Of a stretch of 64,000 nt of DNA, positions 1-8,322 are shown one piece after another (positions within the stretch are counted from its first letter, which is position 1; the number at the start of each line of letters is the position of its first letter). The translations under genes were made by a program, and so were the position numbers. The notes beneath the pieces are model-generated. The model saw only the letters and a list, made by a program, of their open reading frames with translations. It searched no databases and was not told the origin of the DNA. Location: the IMG/VR virus record IMGVR_UViG_3300042464_001105, positions 24,178 through 88,177 of that record; one strand, 5' to 3'. The DNA comes from a virus.

Positions 1-551
1 ACATTGCACGTGTGCTGGTCCCCGGGGGCTGCTTCTACATCTGGGGTGGTTACGCCAACTGCGGCAACTATCCCCCGTTCCTGAAGAAGCATGGATTGTA
101 CTTCAGCCAAGCGATCATCTGGAACAAGATGCATCCGGTTTTGACACGTAAAGATTTTATGGGCGCTCACGAGTGGGCGTTCTATGGATGGAACGAAGGT
201 GCCGGCCACAAGTACTATGGGCCGAACAACGAAACCGATTTGTGGAATGTTAAGAAGATCCCGCCACAACAACTTGAGCATCTGACTGGCAAGCCTGCCG
301 AGCTCGCGGTTCGATCAATTCAGTACTCGTCGCTTCCTGGCCACAACGTACTCGACCTCTTCGGTGGCAGCGGCTCAACCTTGATTGGCGCTGAGCAGAC
401 TGGACGCAATGCGTTCTTAATGGAACTCGATTGTCCATACGCAGACGTAATCGTTGATCGGTACCAAAGGTTCACCGGCAAGCAAGCGATTCTCGAGCGA
501 ACGGGTGAGTCACCGATTCCGATGAAGCCACGTGAAGCGAACATGCGATAG
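1..551 (+). CDS. DNA methyltransferase, N4/N6 (beta-class) family, 5'-truncated by the window edge
   Basis: HLTGKP followed by VLDLFGGSGSTLIGAEQTGR (SAM-binding FxGxG) and MELDCPYADVIVDRY; typical phage methylase upstream of the terminase. Confidence 0.9.
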   Translation, partial: IARVLVPGGCFYIWGGYANCGNYPPFLKKHGLYFSQAIIWNKMHPVLTRKDFMGAHEWAFYGWNEGAGHKYYGPNNETDLWNVKKIPPQQLEHLTGKPAELAVRSIQYSSLPGHNVLDLFGGSGSTLIGAEQTGRNAFLMELDCPYADVIVDRYQRFTGKQAILERTGESPIPMKPREANMR

Positions 552-561
552 GAGGTCGCGT

Positions 562-879
562 TCAAAGTTTATGACAATGCCAAGCTTGATCCTCGAAAAC
601 ATAAACGTACTCAGTACCACAGTTCCTTGCGAACTCGTGGAGGGCAGCGCGCGTTGGCATGGCGACCGCGTTATTGCCAGCGGTAAATCGCTCCGGACTA
701 CCGTCGTTAGCGAGCGATCGAATATCGCCGCCAGCAACAAGCGTCCGTACCGAATCAATAGCGATGTAGTTTTGTTCGAGAATCTTGCCGGCATGGTCTG
801 GGTAACCATCGAAGTGCAGATAGATCGCCGCATACCGACCATCGTCTTGCTTGCAAGCGATCGTGGCTCGTGTAGACAT
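562..879 (-). CDS. Conserved phage hypothetical protein (MSTR...IYxHxDGYP family)
   Basis: MSTRATI...AIYLHFDGYP...EYVYVFED..W pattern recurrent in phage proteins; AAGGA SD. Confidence 0.8.
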   Translation of the reverse strand: MSTRATIACKQDDGRYAAIYLHFDGYPDHAGKILEQNYIAIDSVRTLVAGGDIRSLANDGSPERFTAGNNAVAMPTRAALHEFARNCGTEYVYVFEDQAWHCHKL

Positions 880-891
880 GTTTTGTGTTCC

Positions 892-1116
892 TTACTTCGA
901 TGGTTCGTGATGGTTGGGTTCGACGATAGAGACGCAATCGTCAGGCATCGTCAACATGAGGGTTCGACCGTTGTCCCAATCAACATCGATCTGCGTCCAG
1001 TCGCGATGATCGTAAACGGCGACAACGGTTCCGAGCGATCCAACGGGAATCGGATCGGGATCCTGCAGCATCGACACCAAACGGATGCGATCGCCTTGCT
1101 TCAATCGTGTTTTCAT
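892..1116 (-). CDS. DUF4314-like protein
   Basis: GDRIRLVSMLQDPDPIPVGSLGTV...IDVDWDNGRTLML; usual neighbour of phage amidoligases. Confidence 0.85.
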   Translation of the reverse strand: MKTRLKQGDRIRLVSMLQDPDPIPVGSLGTVVAVYDHRDWTQIDVDWDNGRTLMLTMPDDCVSIVEPNHHEPSK

Positions 1117-1161
1117 AGTTGTTGGTTCCTTACTGTGAGCGAAGCAAAAAAATACGAACCG

Positions 1162-1196
1162 TCACAATCAGCCAGCAAGTCAAGAAAACATCAAGC
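1162..1196 (-). promoter_or_regulatory. Repeated promoter-like motif, copy 1 (degenerate)
   Basis: Minus strand gcTTGATGttttcttgacttgctggctgattgtga, upstream of gene start 1116. Confidence 0.45.
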
Positions 1197-1365
1197 CGAC
1201 ATCCAAGCTTGTTTTCTAGATTTCTTGCAAATATGTGGATCCGCCGGAGAAGCTCAGGGTTGCGTTGTGTCGCGTTGCATTTCAGGTTGGGTTTGTGCCC
1301 GTATCCACGAGGAAAAGCCCACACGTTGCAAACGTTGGGCGATTGGTGTGGGATCCAGCGAAGTA

Positions 1366-1785
1366 TTAATCTCGACTCGGAACCAACACGCATGCTCCGT
1401 CACCAGTGATTGGGTACTCCTTCAGTTCGCTTGTCCTTGCGAACAACTGGTCGCTTCGACGTATCACGTAGTCAACGTATGCGAAGCACTCGGTATCATC
1501 AATCCGCCTGAGTTGGTACCGAACTCCCGGTTCAGGAACAGCGATCTGTTCGACGTACAGGTCCGAGATGGTCTTCACTTCGTCAATGTAAGGGCCGGCT
1601 GGTCGCAAAATGCCCAGCGTGCTGCGAAACGAAATGCGTTGGCCTGTTGCTTGGTTGGTGGCGATGATATGTGTGGTCTCGCCAGCCTTCGACGGCTGAA
1701 AGATCGATTCGACCTTGACGATGATCGTCTTACCACAATGGCAAGCGACATACCGCTCGCCAATCCGGATGTCTTTGGCTCGCAT
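1366..1785 (-). CDS. Hypothetical protein; N-terminus paralogous to that of the next gene
   Basis: MRAKDIRIGERY...ATNQATGQRISFRS resembles MKKAEVTIGGKY...ATNLATGKKVLIKS of 1789-2367. Confidence 0.7.
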   Translation of the reverse strand: MRAKDIRIGERYVACHCGKTIIVKVESIFQPSKAGETTHIIATNQATGQRISFRSTLGILRPAGPYIDEVKTISDLYVEQIAVPEPGVRYQLRRIDDTECFAYVDYVIRRSDQLFARTSELKEYPITGDGACVLVPSRD

Positions 1786-1788
1786 GAT

Positions 1789-2367
1789 CTAGCCCCGTAC
1801 CGTAAAGCGGCCGCGTTCTGTTTTGACAAACTTGCTGTCGTCGCCCTTGGCCAGGTCGCGAAGGATCGCGCTATACAAGGTCGCGTGCGGAGTCTTGCCC
1901 CCAGGACTCGACCAGTAACCCTTGGCTTCCATCGCGGTAACCAACTCTTGAGCATTCATCGGTTCGGAGGATTCGCCAAGGACCTTCAAAGCCGCCGTGA
2001 CGCAACTCAATCGCTTCTCGCTGGCGTCGGCGCTTTCCGTCGCTGTTGCTGCAGTCTTTGCCTTACGAAGCTTCTTTGGAACCGCCCCTACTGTGGATGC
2101 TGCTTCTCCAATCGTCTCGACCGTAGCCGGTTCGTTCTCAACAATCGTGACGTTACCTTCTGTGGTTACCTTCGCGCCTCCGCGCCGCATGCCGACTTCA
2201 CCCTGCAAGCGCTGAGCGCTCTTGATCAGGACCTTCTTACCGGTCGCGAGGTTGGTGGCATCCCAGCCACCGCGCGGCTTCTCGGCGTCGATCTGGATCT
2301 CACATCGATTGCAAGAAACGTTTGCATAGTACTTGCCGCCGATCGTAACTTCTGCCTTCTTCATCAT
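1789..2367 (-). CDS. Winged-helix (HARE-HTH-like) DNA-binding protein
   Basis: LSCVTAALKVLGESSEPMNAQELV...GKTPHATLYSAILRD...FVKTERGRF; start chosen after the GGAG SD. Confidence 0.8.
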   Translation of the reverse strand: MMKKAEVTIGGKYYANVSCNRCEIQIDAEKPRGGWDATNLATGKKVLIKSAQRLQGEVGMRRGGAKVTTEGNVTIVENEPATVETIGEAASTVGAVPKKLRKAKTAATATESADASEKRLSCVTAALKVLGESSEPMNAQELVTAMEAKGYWSSPGGKTPHATLYSAILRDLAKGDDSKFVKTERGRFTVRG

Positions 2368-2457
2368 TCTTTCTCCCAATTCGTATTCGTGGTTGGCTGC
2401 CATCGTCAGGTCGATCGAACCACCGATCAACTACGCGATTCCGTTCCGCGTTTCGGC

Positions 2458-2793
2458 TTATTTGGAAAAGACCAAGTCGGCCAATCCGGTAGAAAGAAAA
2501 TCCACAATCACCTGAATCTCTGTATTAGCCGCAGGTACATCCAATCCGCGGTCAAAGCTAAAAAGTGTTTTGTGGTCGGCGATTCGTTCGATCCAAAGTT
2601 TCGAGATCTTGCTCTTGCCCAATTCGTAGTCTTCGCTTTTTGCGTGCTCGGCGAAAACCAAAGCGTTGAACTTGTATTGCTCGTTGACCGTTCCAATCAC
2701 CCAGGTACCGCCACCCGTGGTGCGTCGATCGATCTTGGTGATCGTCAGGTCGAGGTCTATGTCGTTTTCCCCGTTGTTGTTTGTCTTTGTCAT
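2458..2793 (-). CDS. Hypothetical phage protein
   Basis: GGAG SD then ATG 2793; FNALVFAEHA...ISKLWI...FDRGLD. Confidence 0.7.
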   Translation of the reverse strand: MTKTNNNGENDIDLDLTITKIDRRTTGGGTWVIGTVNEQYKFNALVFAEHAKSEDYELGKSKISKLWIERIADHKTLFSFDRGLDVPAANTEIQVIVDFLSTGLADLVFSK

Positions 2794-2835
2794 CTTTGCG
2801 TCTCCGTTTTGAAAAGCTGTGAACATCGTTTTGCG

Positions 2836-2876
2836 TCAACACACAGTTCGCATGCGCTTCGCATTACATCAAGCGC
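2836..2876 (-). promoter_or_regulatory. Repeated promoter-like motif, copy 2
   Basis: Minus strand gcgcTTGATGtaatgcgaagCGCATGcgaacTGTGTGTTga, upstream of gene start 2793. Confidence 0.55.
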
Positions 2877-2928
2877 TGTTGGAAAAGATTCAGATAATTC
2901 TTTTCCACAGCGCCGCGGTTCGTCGCGA

Positions 2929-3201
2929 TCAGAAATCTCGACACGTCTCCCAAGCTCGTTTGCTGCCGTAGCAGATCTGCCCACCTTCGACGATGTAGAC
3001 CGTGTTGTCATCGGCAACGTCTTGGGCATCGTCTTCGTCCGCATCTTCGTCGCTTGCTTCGTTCATGTCGCGGCCGCTGGTCACGCCGAAGATACGGTTC
3101 TCGAAAGGCCAATTCTGCTGAGTCATCAACCGTATTTTGGCGTCGCCTCCGAACTCTTCGCGGTAGTCGTTGAGGATTTCGATCAAGGTGTCGAGGTTCA
3201 T
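2929..3201 (-). CDS. Hypothetical acidic phage protein
   Basis: GGAG SD; MNLDTLIEILNDY...RLMTQQNWPFE...VYIVEGGQICYG. Confidence 0.75.
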   Translation of the reverse strand: MNLDTLIEILNDYREEFGGDAKIRLMTQQNWPFENRIFGVTSGRDMNEASDEDADEDDAQDVADDNTVYIVEGGQICYGSKRAWETCRDF

Positions 3202-3239
3202 GTTCTTATCTCCGTTGGGGTGAATGAAAAGTCGTTTTC

Positions 3240-3280
3240 CGATAACACACATGAGCCATGCGGTTTGAACCGAAGCAACT
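3240..3280 (-). promoter_or_regulatory. Repeated promoter-like motif, copy 3
   Basis: 26 bp cgataacacacatgagccatgcggtt identical to 3726-3751; upstream of gene start 3201. Confidence 0.65.
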
Positions 3281-3486
3281 CAAATCCAGAAGGTTTTCCC
3301 AGTCTTTTGGAATGTTTTTTTGAATGCCCAACGGTGCACAACGTTGGCGCATGTCGCGTCGTTTTCGAAGTCGCATTGTTGGGCGTGGCGAGCCAGCAGG
3401 ATGCGACGGTGGGCGAGTGTGTCGACCAAGCGAGAAAACGCCGCGCATCCGTACGCGGCGTTCTAGGGATATTGCTTGTGCGCTGT

Positions 3487-3684
3487 TTAAAGGATCGAAC
3501 CGAGTCGGCTCTTCTTCATCGCTTCGAGTGCTTCGCAGGCGTAAAGGTGTTCGACGAGCAAAGGGCATGCGGACTCTTGTTGTGCTGCGTCGGCGATCTC
3601 GAGGGCGTCTGCCAAGGTTCGCAATCCCTCGATCTCTCGAAGAGCGGCGTCGGTTGCTTTGTGTTCGTTGCTGTTCTTGGCCAT
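3487..3684 (-). CDS. Small hypothetical protein
   Basis: GGAG SD, preceded by a copy of the repeated promoter-like motif. Confidence 0.6.
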   Translation of the reverse strand: MAKNSNEHKATDAALREIEGLRTLADALEIADAAQQESACPLLVEHLYACEALEAMKKSRLGSIL

Positions 3685-3725
3685 GGTTCTGTCTCCGTTG
3701 TGGGAAAGGGTTTGAATCGTTTATG

Positions 3726-3768
3726 CGATAACACACATGAGCCATGCGGTTCAAAACACATCAAGCGC
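3726..3768 (-). promoter_or_regulatory. Repeated promoter-like motif, copy 4
   Basis: Minus strand gcgcTTGATGtgttttgaacCGCATGGCTcatgTGTGTtatcg, upstream of gene start 3684. Confidence 0.65.
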
Positions 3769-3978
3769 AGTATGCGAGTAAATGGAAAAGATTCTGCAGC
3801 TTTCTTCCGGTGCCGACACAAAGCACAAAACGCGACGTGTGGCGTTCAAAAAAAGCTTGGGTCGCCATTAGTTACTTACCCCAAGGATGCGACTGCTGGC
3901 GGACGTTACGATCGAGAATGCCAGAACAACGAACTACGTCGAGCGATTCTGCTCGGCGTAGTTCGTGGATCTCGTTTC

Positions 3979-4839
3979 TTAGGCAGCCGTGTCGTATTTC
4001 TTGGCCAAGTCCAAAAGTTTCGTTTTGATCGTCTTCCAATCTGGGGTTTGGTCCCCGTTGGTGATCTCGCCGAAGGTCTTCTTTCGAAGGTCGCCCTTGT
4101 ACCAACCCTTGGTCCATCCGAGCCGGTAGAACAGTCGGTTCAATTCCGTTTCGCCGAGGCCGGCATCGGGGCGATCCCAGCAGCTCTTGGTTCCTTCTTT
4201 CTTGGCGTAATCCCAATCGGGGCATCGTTTGGAGTTGAGGGCGAGTTCGACCAAACCCAAAACCATCATCAGGTATCCAATCACCTTGGTTTTGTTCAGC
4301 GTGCCGGCGAAAGCTCTGAACTCGATTCGGTTCTTGCCTTGTCGAAGGTGGGTCAAATTCAAAAGATGGTAGCGGTCCGATTCGCATTGGCTCTTCGCGG
4401 TGTCTTTGTCGCCGTAGTGTTTGATCTTCTTGGTGTATACCGCGTGTTCGCGTCGTCGCGATCCGGTCGAGGCGAAGATCGCTCGTTCGTGGTTGCCGAC
4501 CAAGGAAATCAATCTTGCCAGGGCGGCGGCGTCTCCGTTGAAGGTCAGGGTTATGTGAAGTCCGCAGCTTGCGTTGACCCGTGCGTCGCGAGTATTTATC
4601 GCGTCGATCGCGTTCTCAACCTCTTTCATTCCTGCGTATCCGACAAGTTTTGGGCTTACAAACTCGCAGCCTTTGCGGCTCATGTTTTCCGGTTTGATAC
4701 TCGCGTCGCGTTCTGCTTTCCATCCGGTTGGAAGCCAGGGTACTTGGTAACCGCCGTGGTAGGGGCCGATCGGTGTATTGTCGGTACCGGGGAGGGTGGT
4801 TTCGAATTCAATTCCGAAGGTGATCTCGTTTGCGTTCAT
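3979..4839 (-). CDS. Putative amidoligase (Amidoligase_2-like)
   Basis: TFGIEFE, DASI, CEFVSP, VNASCGLHI, RYHLLNL, IEFRAF motifs; AAGGA SD. Confidence 0.9.
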   Translation of the reverse strand: MNANEITFGIEFETTLPGTDNTPIGPYHGGYQVPWLPTGWKAERDASIKPENMSRKGCEFVSPKLVGYAGMKEVENAIDAINTRDARVNASCGLHITLTFNGDAAALARLISLVGNHERAIFASTGSRRREHAVYTKKIKHYGDKDTAKSQCESDRYHLLNLTHLRQGKNRIEFRAFAGTLNKTKVIGYLMMVLGLVELALNSKRCPDWDYAKKEGTKSCWDRPDAGLGETELNRLFYRLGWTKGWYKGDLRKKTFGEITNGDQTPDWKTIKTKLLDLAKKYDTAA

Positions 4840-4892
4840 CGTTCTGTTCCTTTGTGGTTCAAGGTGTGTTTTGCGTCGCGCTTTCCGCGTCG

Positions 4893-4934
4893 CGATGACA
4901 CAATGGAGCCATGCGTTTCGAGGATCATCCAGCC
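4893..4934 (-). promoter_or_regulatory. Repeated promoter-like motif, copy 5
   Basis: Minus strand gcTGGATGatcctcgaaaCGCATGGCTccatTGTGTcatcg, upstream of the amidoligase. Confidence 0.6.
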
Positions 4935-5113
4935 GCTTCCTGCATGTTTTTTCAGTAATTGTGCATGTTTTCTGAGAGGCAACCGGTGCCCCAACATTAC
5001 GCCACGGTGGCGTCCAAACATGCATCGCATAACAAGGCGAACATGCAAACAAAACGCGACTGTGGCGAACGTGTCGCAACCAGTGGCAATTCAACGGATC
5101 ATGGAGGAATGGG

Positions 5114-5320
5114 ATGAGTGAAGGCAACAACCAGGTCGACCCAACGCGACTTTCGATCGAGCAGGCAGGAAAGCTACTTTCAGCTGCTTATCGAGAGCGA
5201 ATAGAGGTCGCAAAGATTCAGGAAGACATCGACGCCGGCGCACCGACCAATGCCGACGGAACGATCAACCTCGTGCACTACAGCGCATGGCAAGCAGAGG
5301 AGATGGGACATGGCGAATAG
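5114..5320 (+). CDS. Small phage protein, possibly a terminase small-subunit-like DNA-binding protein
   Basis: GGAGGA SD at 5103-5108; LSIEQAGKLLS...DIDAGAPTNADGTINLVHYSAW; position before the terminase. Confidence 0.75.
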   Translation: MSEGNNQVDPTRLSIEQAGKLLSAAYRERIEVAKIQEDIDAGAPTNADGTINLVHYSAWQAEEMGHGE

Positions 5321-5330
5321 AATCGCGACG

Positions 5331-5768
5331 CTAAGAGATTGGAAGAGTCCAGTCTTGGACAGTCAATCCAGGAATTCGCTCATAATCAACTGTATTTCGT
5401 GTTATGACAGTCATGTGCTGACTGATCGCAATCGATGCAATCCGCAGATCCATGGTTGCGACTCGAATTCTATTACGCTTAAAGTCCTCGAATACCTCGG
5501 ATGCCGCGAGGTTGAACGGAAGAACCTGCGAGCAAGAGAAGTCCTTCAAAACTTGTTCGAGTCGAGCATACCCAGTGACAATCTTTTGAGGGCTATTCGA
5601 CTGTTTAACATACTTTGTCCAACCTGCAACAATCTCGTGAAAAGAGACGATGGTTGTGTACACGTTCGAATCACTAACTACTGCAATTCTTTTGAGAACG
5701 TTAGTGCAGTCTTCGCCCCTGTGGCCTTGCAAGATGCCAAGGTGATCCGTGTAGAGAATAAACATCAA
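5331..5768 (-). CDS. vapC: PIN-domain (VapC-like) toxin
   Basis: IVSFHE, MDLRIASIA, VITRNTVDYERIPGL motifs; the N-terminal motif reads LYTD rather than LDTD. Confidence 0.85.
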   Translation of the reverse strand: MMFILYTDHLGILQGHRGEDCTNVLKRIAVVSDSNVYTTIVSFHEIVAGWTKYVKQSNSPQKIVTGYARLEQVLKDFSCSQVLPFNLAASEVFEDFKRNRIRVATMDLRIASIAISQHMTVITRNTVDYERIPGLTVQDWTLPIS

Positions 5769-5770
5769 CC

Positions 5771-5977
5771 TTACTCGTCATTCAGAATATCGGTTTGCCG
5801 CTCTTCACGCCCCAACCGGAGAATCTCTGCAAAATCGGGGTCATCTTTGAACGAACCTTCGATTTTGGCGATCCACCCTGGTTTCTTCGCAGCGAGATCG
5901 ATTTTGCTTGATTGCGAAAGCTTAAGAAGAGTTACTTCCTTTTCCAATTGCTCAAGTCGTTCTTCAACCGTGGCCAT
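5771..5977 (-). CDS. Putative antitoxin
   Basis: GGAG SD; MATVEERLEQLEKEV...GSFKDDPDFAEILRLGREER; directly upstream of the PIN gene. Confidence 0.75.
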   Translation of the reverse strand: MATVEERLEQLEKEVTLLKLSQSSKIDLAAKKPGWIAKIEGSFKDDPDFAEILRLGREERQTDILNDE

Positions 5978-6054
5978 ATACATCTCCAAGGAATCCAACA
6001 AGACACGACGTTCTATTGTACCTTGTAGTTCATCCAAAGGGAAAGGCCGAAAAG

Positions 6055-8322
6055 ATGCGATCTGATCCAAGGAAACTAAAGCCAAGCGAGCTATGCCGAC
6101 TGCTCAATTCAACACCGCTGGGTGAGGTGATCAGCGAGCGACAACTGTATCGGCATCGTCAGCGCGCCGGCGCACGCATTGGTGATAACAAGACCGTTGA
6201 TTTGCTTCGCTATTGTGCTTGGATGCATCGCGTACGACACACGCCTCGGGCGACAAGCGGTGTTGATCCATACGATGCGATGAAAGAGCGAGCGCGTGCA
6301 CGCAATGCAGCACTGGCACTCGCTGGTCGCGACATTGGTGAACTGCCGGAGGTCGACAACGTTGATCGCAAAGATCGCGCAGCGCGTGACTTCCGCTATT
6401 TCTGTGAAACGTATTTCCCATTGACGTTTCATCTTGCGTGGTCGCCGGACCACATCAAGGTCATGGATAAGATTGAGCAAGCCGTTGTCCATGGGGGATT
6501 GTTTGCGCTAGCGATGGCGCGGGGTAGTGGGAAAAGTTCGATCGCCGAGGTTGCCTGCATCTGGGCAGTTCTATATGGGCATCGCAACTTCGTTTGTTTG
6601 ATCGGCAGCGATGAAGGCCATGCGTGTGACATGCTCGACTCGATCAAAACAGAACTCGACAGCAACGAGTTGCTCTTGGCCGATTTCCCCGAAGTTATCT
6701 TTCCTATTCAAGCCCTCGATGGGATATCGAATCGAGCTAATGGGCAGCTTTATAAAGGCAAGCGAACGCAGATCGGATGGACCGCAAAGGAGGTAGTGCT
6801 ACCAACGATTGATGGCAGCAGTGCCAGCGGTGCGATTATCAAAGTGGCTGGCCTGACCGGTCGTATCCGAGGTATGAAGTTCAAACGCCCTGATGGCAGA
6901 ACGGTGCGTCCAAGTTTAGTCGTGCTCGATGACCCCCAGACCGACGAGAGTGCTCGTTCGCTATCGCAATGCGCGAATCGCGAAAGCATTCTCGCCGGCG
7001 CAGTCCTTGGCTTAGCAGGACCGGGCAAAAAGATCTCTGGCATCATGCCCTGTACCGTCATTCGCCCGAGCGACATGGCCGACAATATCCTCGATCGCAA
7101 TCGCCATCCCGAATGGAATGGCGAACGAACCAAGATGGTTTATGCGTTCCCTAAGAATGAAACGCTGTGGGAGCGCTATGCCGAGATCCGTGCCGAAGGA
7201 ATGCGTAACGGCGATGGTGGCGAATCGGCCACCGAGTTCTATCGTCAGAACCAAGCCGCGATGGATGAGGGTGCTGTTGTCGCTTGGCAAGAGCGATTCA
7301 ACTACGACGAACTCTCCGCGATCCAGCACGCAATGAATCTCAAGTTGCAGGACGAGGCCGCATTCTTTGCCGAGTATCAAAATCAGCCTCTGCCGGCGGA
7401 AACGATTGTCGATGGGATGCTCAAGCCCGAGGAGGTCGCAAGCAAGGTTAATCGTATGGATCGCGGGTTATTATCGATTGGAGCAAACCAACTCACCGCC
7501 TTCATCGACGTTCAGCAGAAGCTTTTATTTTATGCGGTCACCGCCTGGGAGGATAATTTCACGGGCTACATTGTCGACTATGGCTGTTACCCCGATCAAC
7601 AGCGTCCCTACTTCACGCTGCGCGAGGCTCGCCAGACGCTGAGCTCCGAAGCGACTGGAACCGGACTCGAGGGTTCGATCTATGCCGGCCTCGAATCGCT
7701 GACATCGAAATTGCTCGATCGTGAGTGGCAGCGCGACGATGGTGCAGCGATGCGCATCGGTCGCTGTTTGATCGACGCTAACTGGGGCCAATCGACGGAT
7801 GTCGTCTACCAGTTCTGCCGGCAGTCCAAGCACGCCGCTGTGATCATGCCCAGCCACGGTCGGTTCGTCGGCGCTTCAAGTTTGCCGTTCAGCGAGTATC
7901 GTCGCCGACCAGGTGATCGCGTAGGACTCAACTGGCGCATCCCAAACGTTAGCGGGAAGCGGGCGATTCGCCACGTGGTATACGACACCAATTGGTGGAA
8001 GTCGTTTGTCAACGCTCGCCTTCGAGTGAACATGGGAGATCGTGGTTGTCTATCGCTCTTCGGTAGCAACTCCGAAACGCATCGCATGCTCGCCGAGCAT
8101 CTAACTTCGGAGTACTTCATCAAGACCGAGGCTCGCGGCCGAAGCGTTGACGAATGGAAGCAGCGACCTGAGCAGCCAGACAACCACTGGTTCGACTGTT
8201 TGGTTGGCTCAGCGGTTGCGGCTTCGATGCAAGGAGCAATTTTATTTGGAACCGAAGCAACACTCGATATTTCCCGAAAACGCATGAGTTTTAAAGAGCT
8301 TCAGCAGACCCGACGCAAATAA
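6055..8322 (+). CDS. Terminase large subunit (GpA-like nuclease domain, N-terminal HTH-like extension)
   Basis: Walker A ARGSGKS, Walker B VVLDDPQ, nuclease motifs AFIDVQ, LIDANWG, NHWFDC. Confidence 0.9.
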   Translation: MRSDPRKLKPSELCRLLNSTPLGEVISERQLYRHRQRAGARIGDNKTVDLLRYCAWMHRVRHTPRATSGVDPYDAMKERARARNAALALAGRDIGELPEVDNVDRKDRAARDFRYFCETYFPLTFHLAWSPDHIKVMDKIEQAVVHGGLFALAMARGSGKSSIAEVACIWAVLYGHRNFVCLIGSDEGHACDMLDSIKTELDSNELLLADFPEVIFPIQALDGISNRANGQLYKGKRTQIGWTAKEVVLPTIDGSSASGAIIKVAGLTGRIRGMKFKRPDGRTVRPSLVVLDDPQTDESARSLSQCANRESILAGAVLGLAGPGKKISGIMPCTVIRPSDMADNILDRNRHPEWNGERTKMVYAFPKNETLWERYAEIRAEGMRNGDGGESATEFYRQNQAAMDEGAVVAWQERFNYDELSAIQHAMNLKLQDEAAFFAEYQNQPLPAETIVDGMLKPEEVASKVNRMDRGLLSIGANQLTAFIDVQQKLLFYAVTAWEDNFTGYIVDYGCYPDQQRPYFTLREARQTLSSEATGTGLEGSIYAGLESLTSKLLDREWQRDDGAAMRIGRCLIDANWGQSTDVVYQFCRQSKHAAVIMPSHGRFVGASSLPFSEYRRRPGDRVGLNWRIPNVSGKRAIRHVVYDTNWWKSFVNARLRVNMGDRGCLSLFGSNSETHRMLAEHLTSEYFIKTEARGRSVDEWKQRPEQPDNHWFDCLVGSAVAASMQGAILFGTEATLDISRKRMSFKELQQTRRK

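Larger units (their letters stand above)
532..5121 (+). other. 1529-codon stop-free antisense 'bridge' frame spanning eight minus-strand genes; protein function unsupported
   Basis: Open from GTG 532 (in-frame ATG 571, AGGAGGT at 550-556) to TGA 5119-5121, which overlaps the next ATG at 5114 (ATGAGTGA). The translation looks like antisense sequence, not a known protein. Confidence 0.55.
5310..6065 (+). other. Second stop-free 'bridge' frame across the antisense TA module
   Basis: GAGGAG (5297-5302) then ATG 5310, overlapping the upstream stop (5318-5320); ends at TGA 6063-6065, overlapping terminase ATG 6055. Confidence 0.5.

Noticed and set aside
532-5121. Calling the 1529-aa ORF a conventional protein-coding gene and discarding the minus-strand genes
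   Set aside because: The minus-strand ORFs have recognisable family motifs and SD sites, while the long translation has no recognisable domain. It is kept as an open-frame phenomenon, not a product call.
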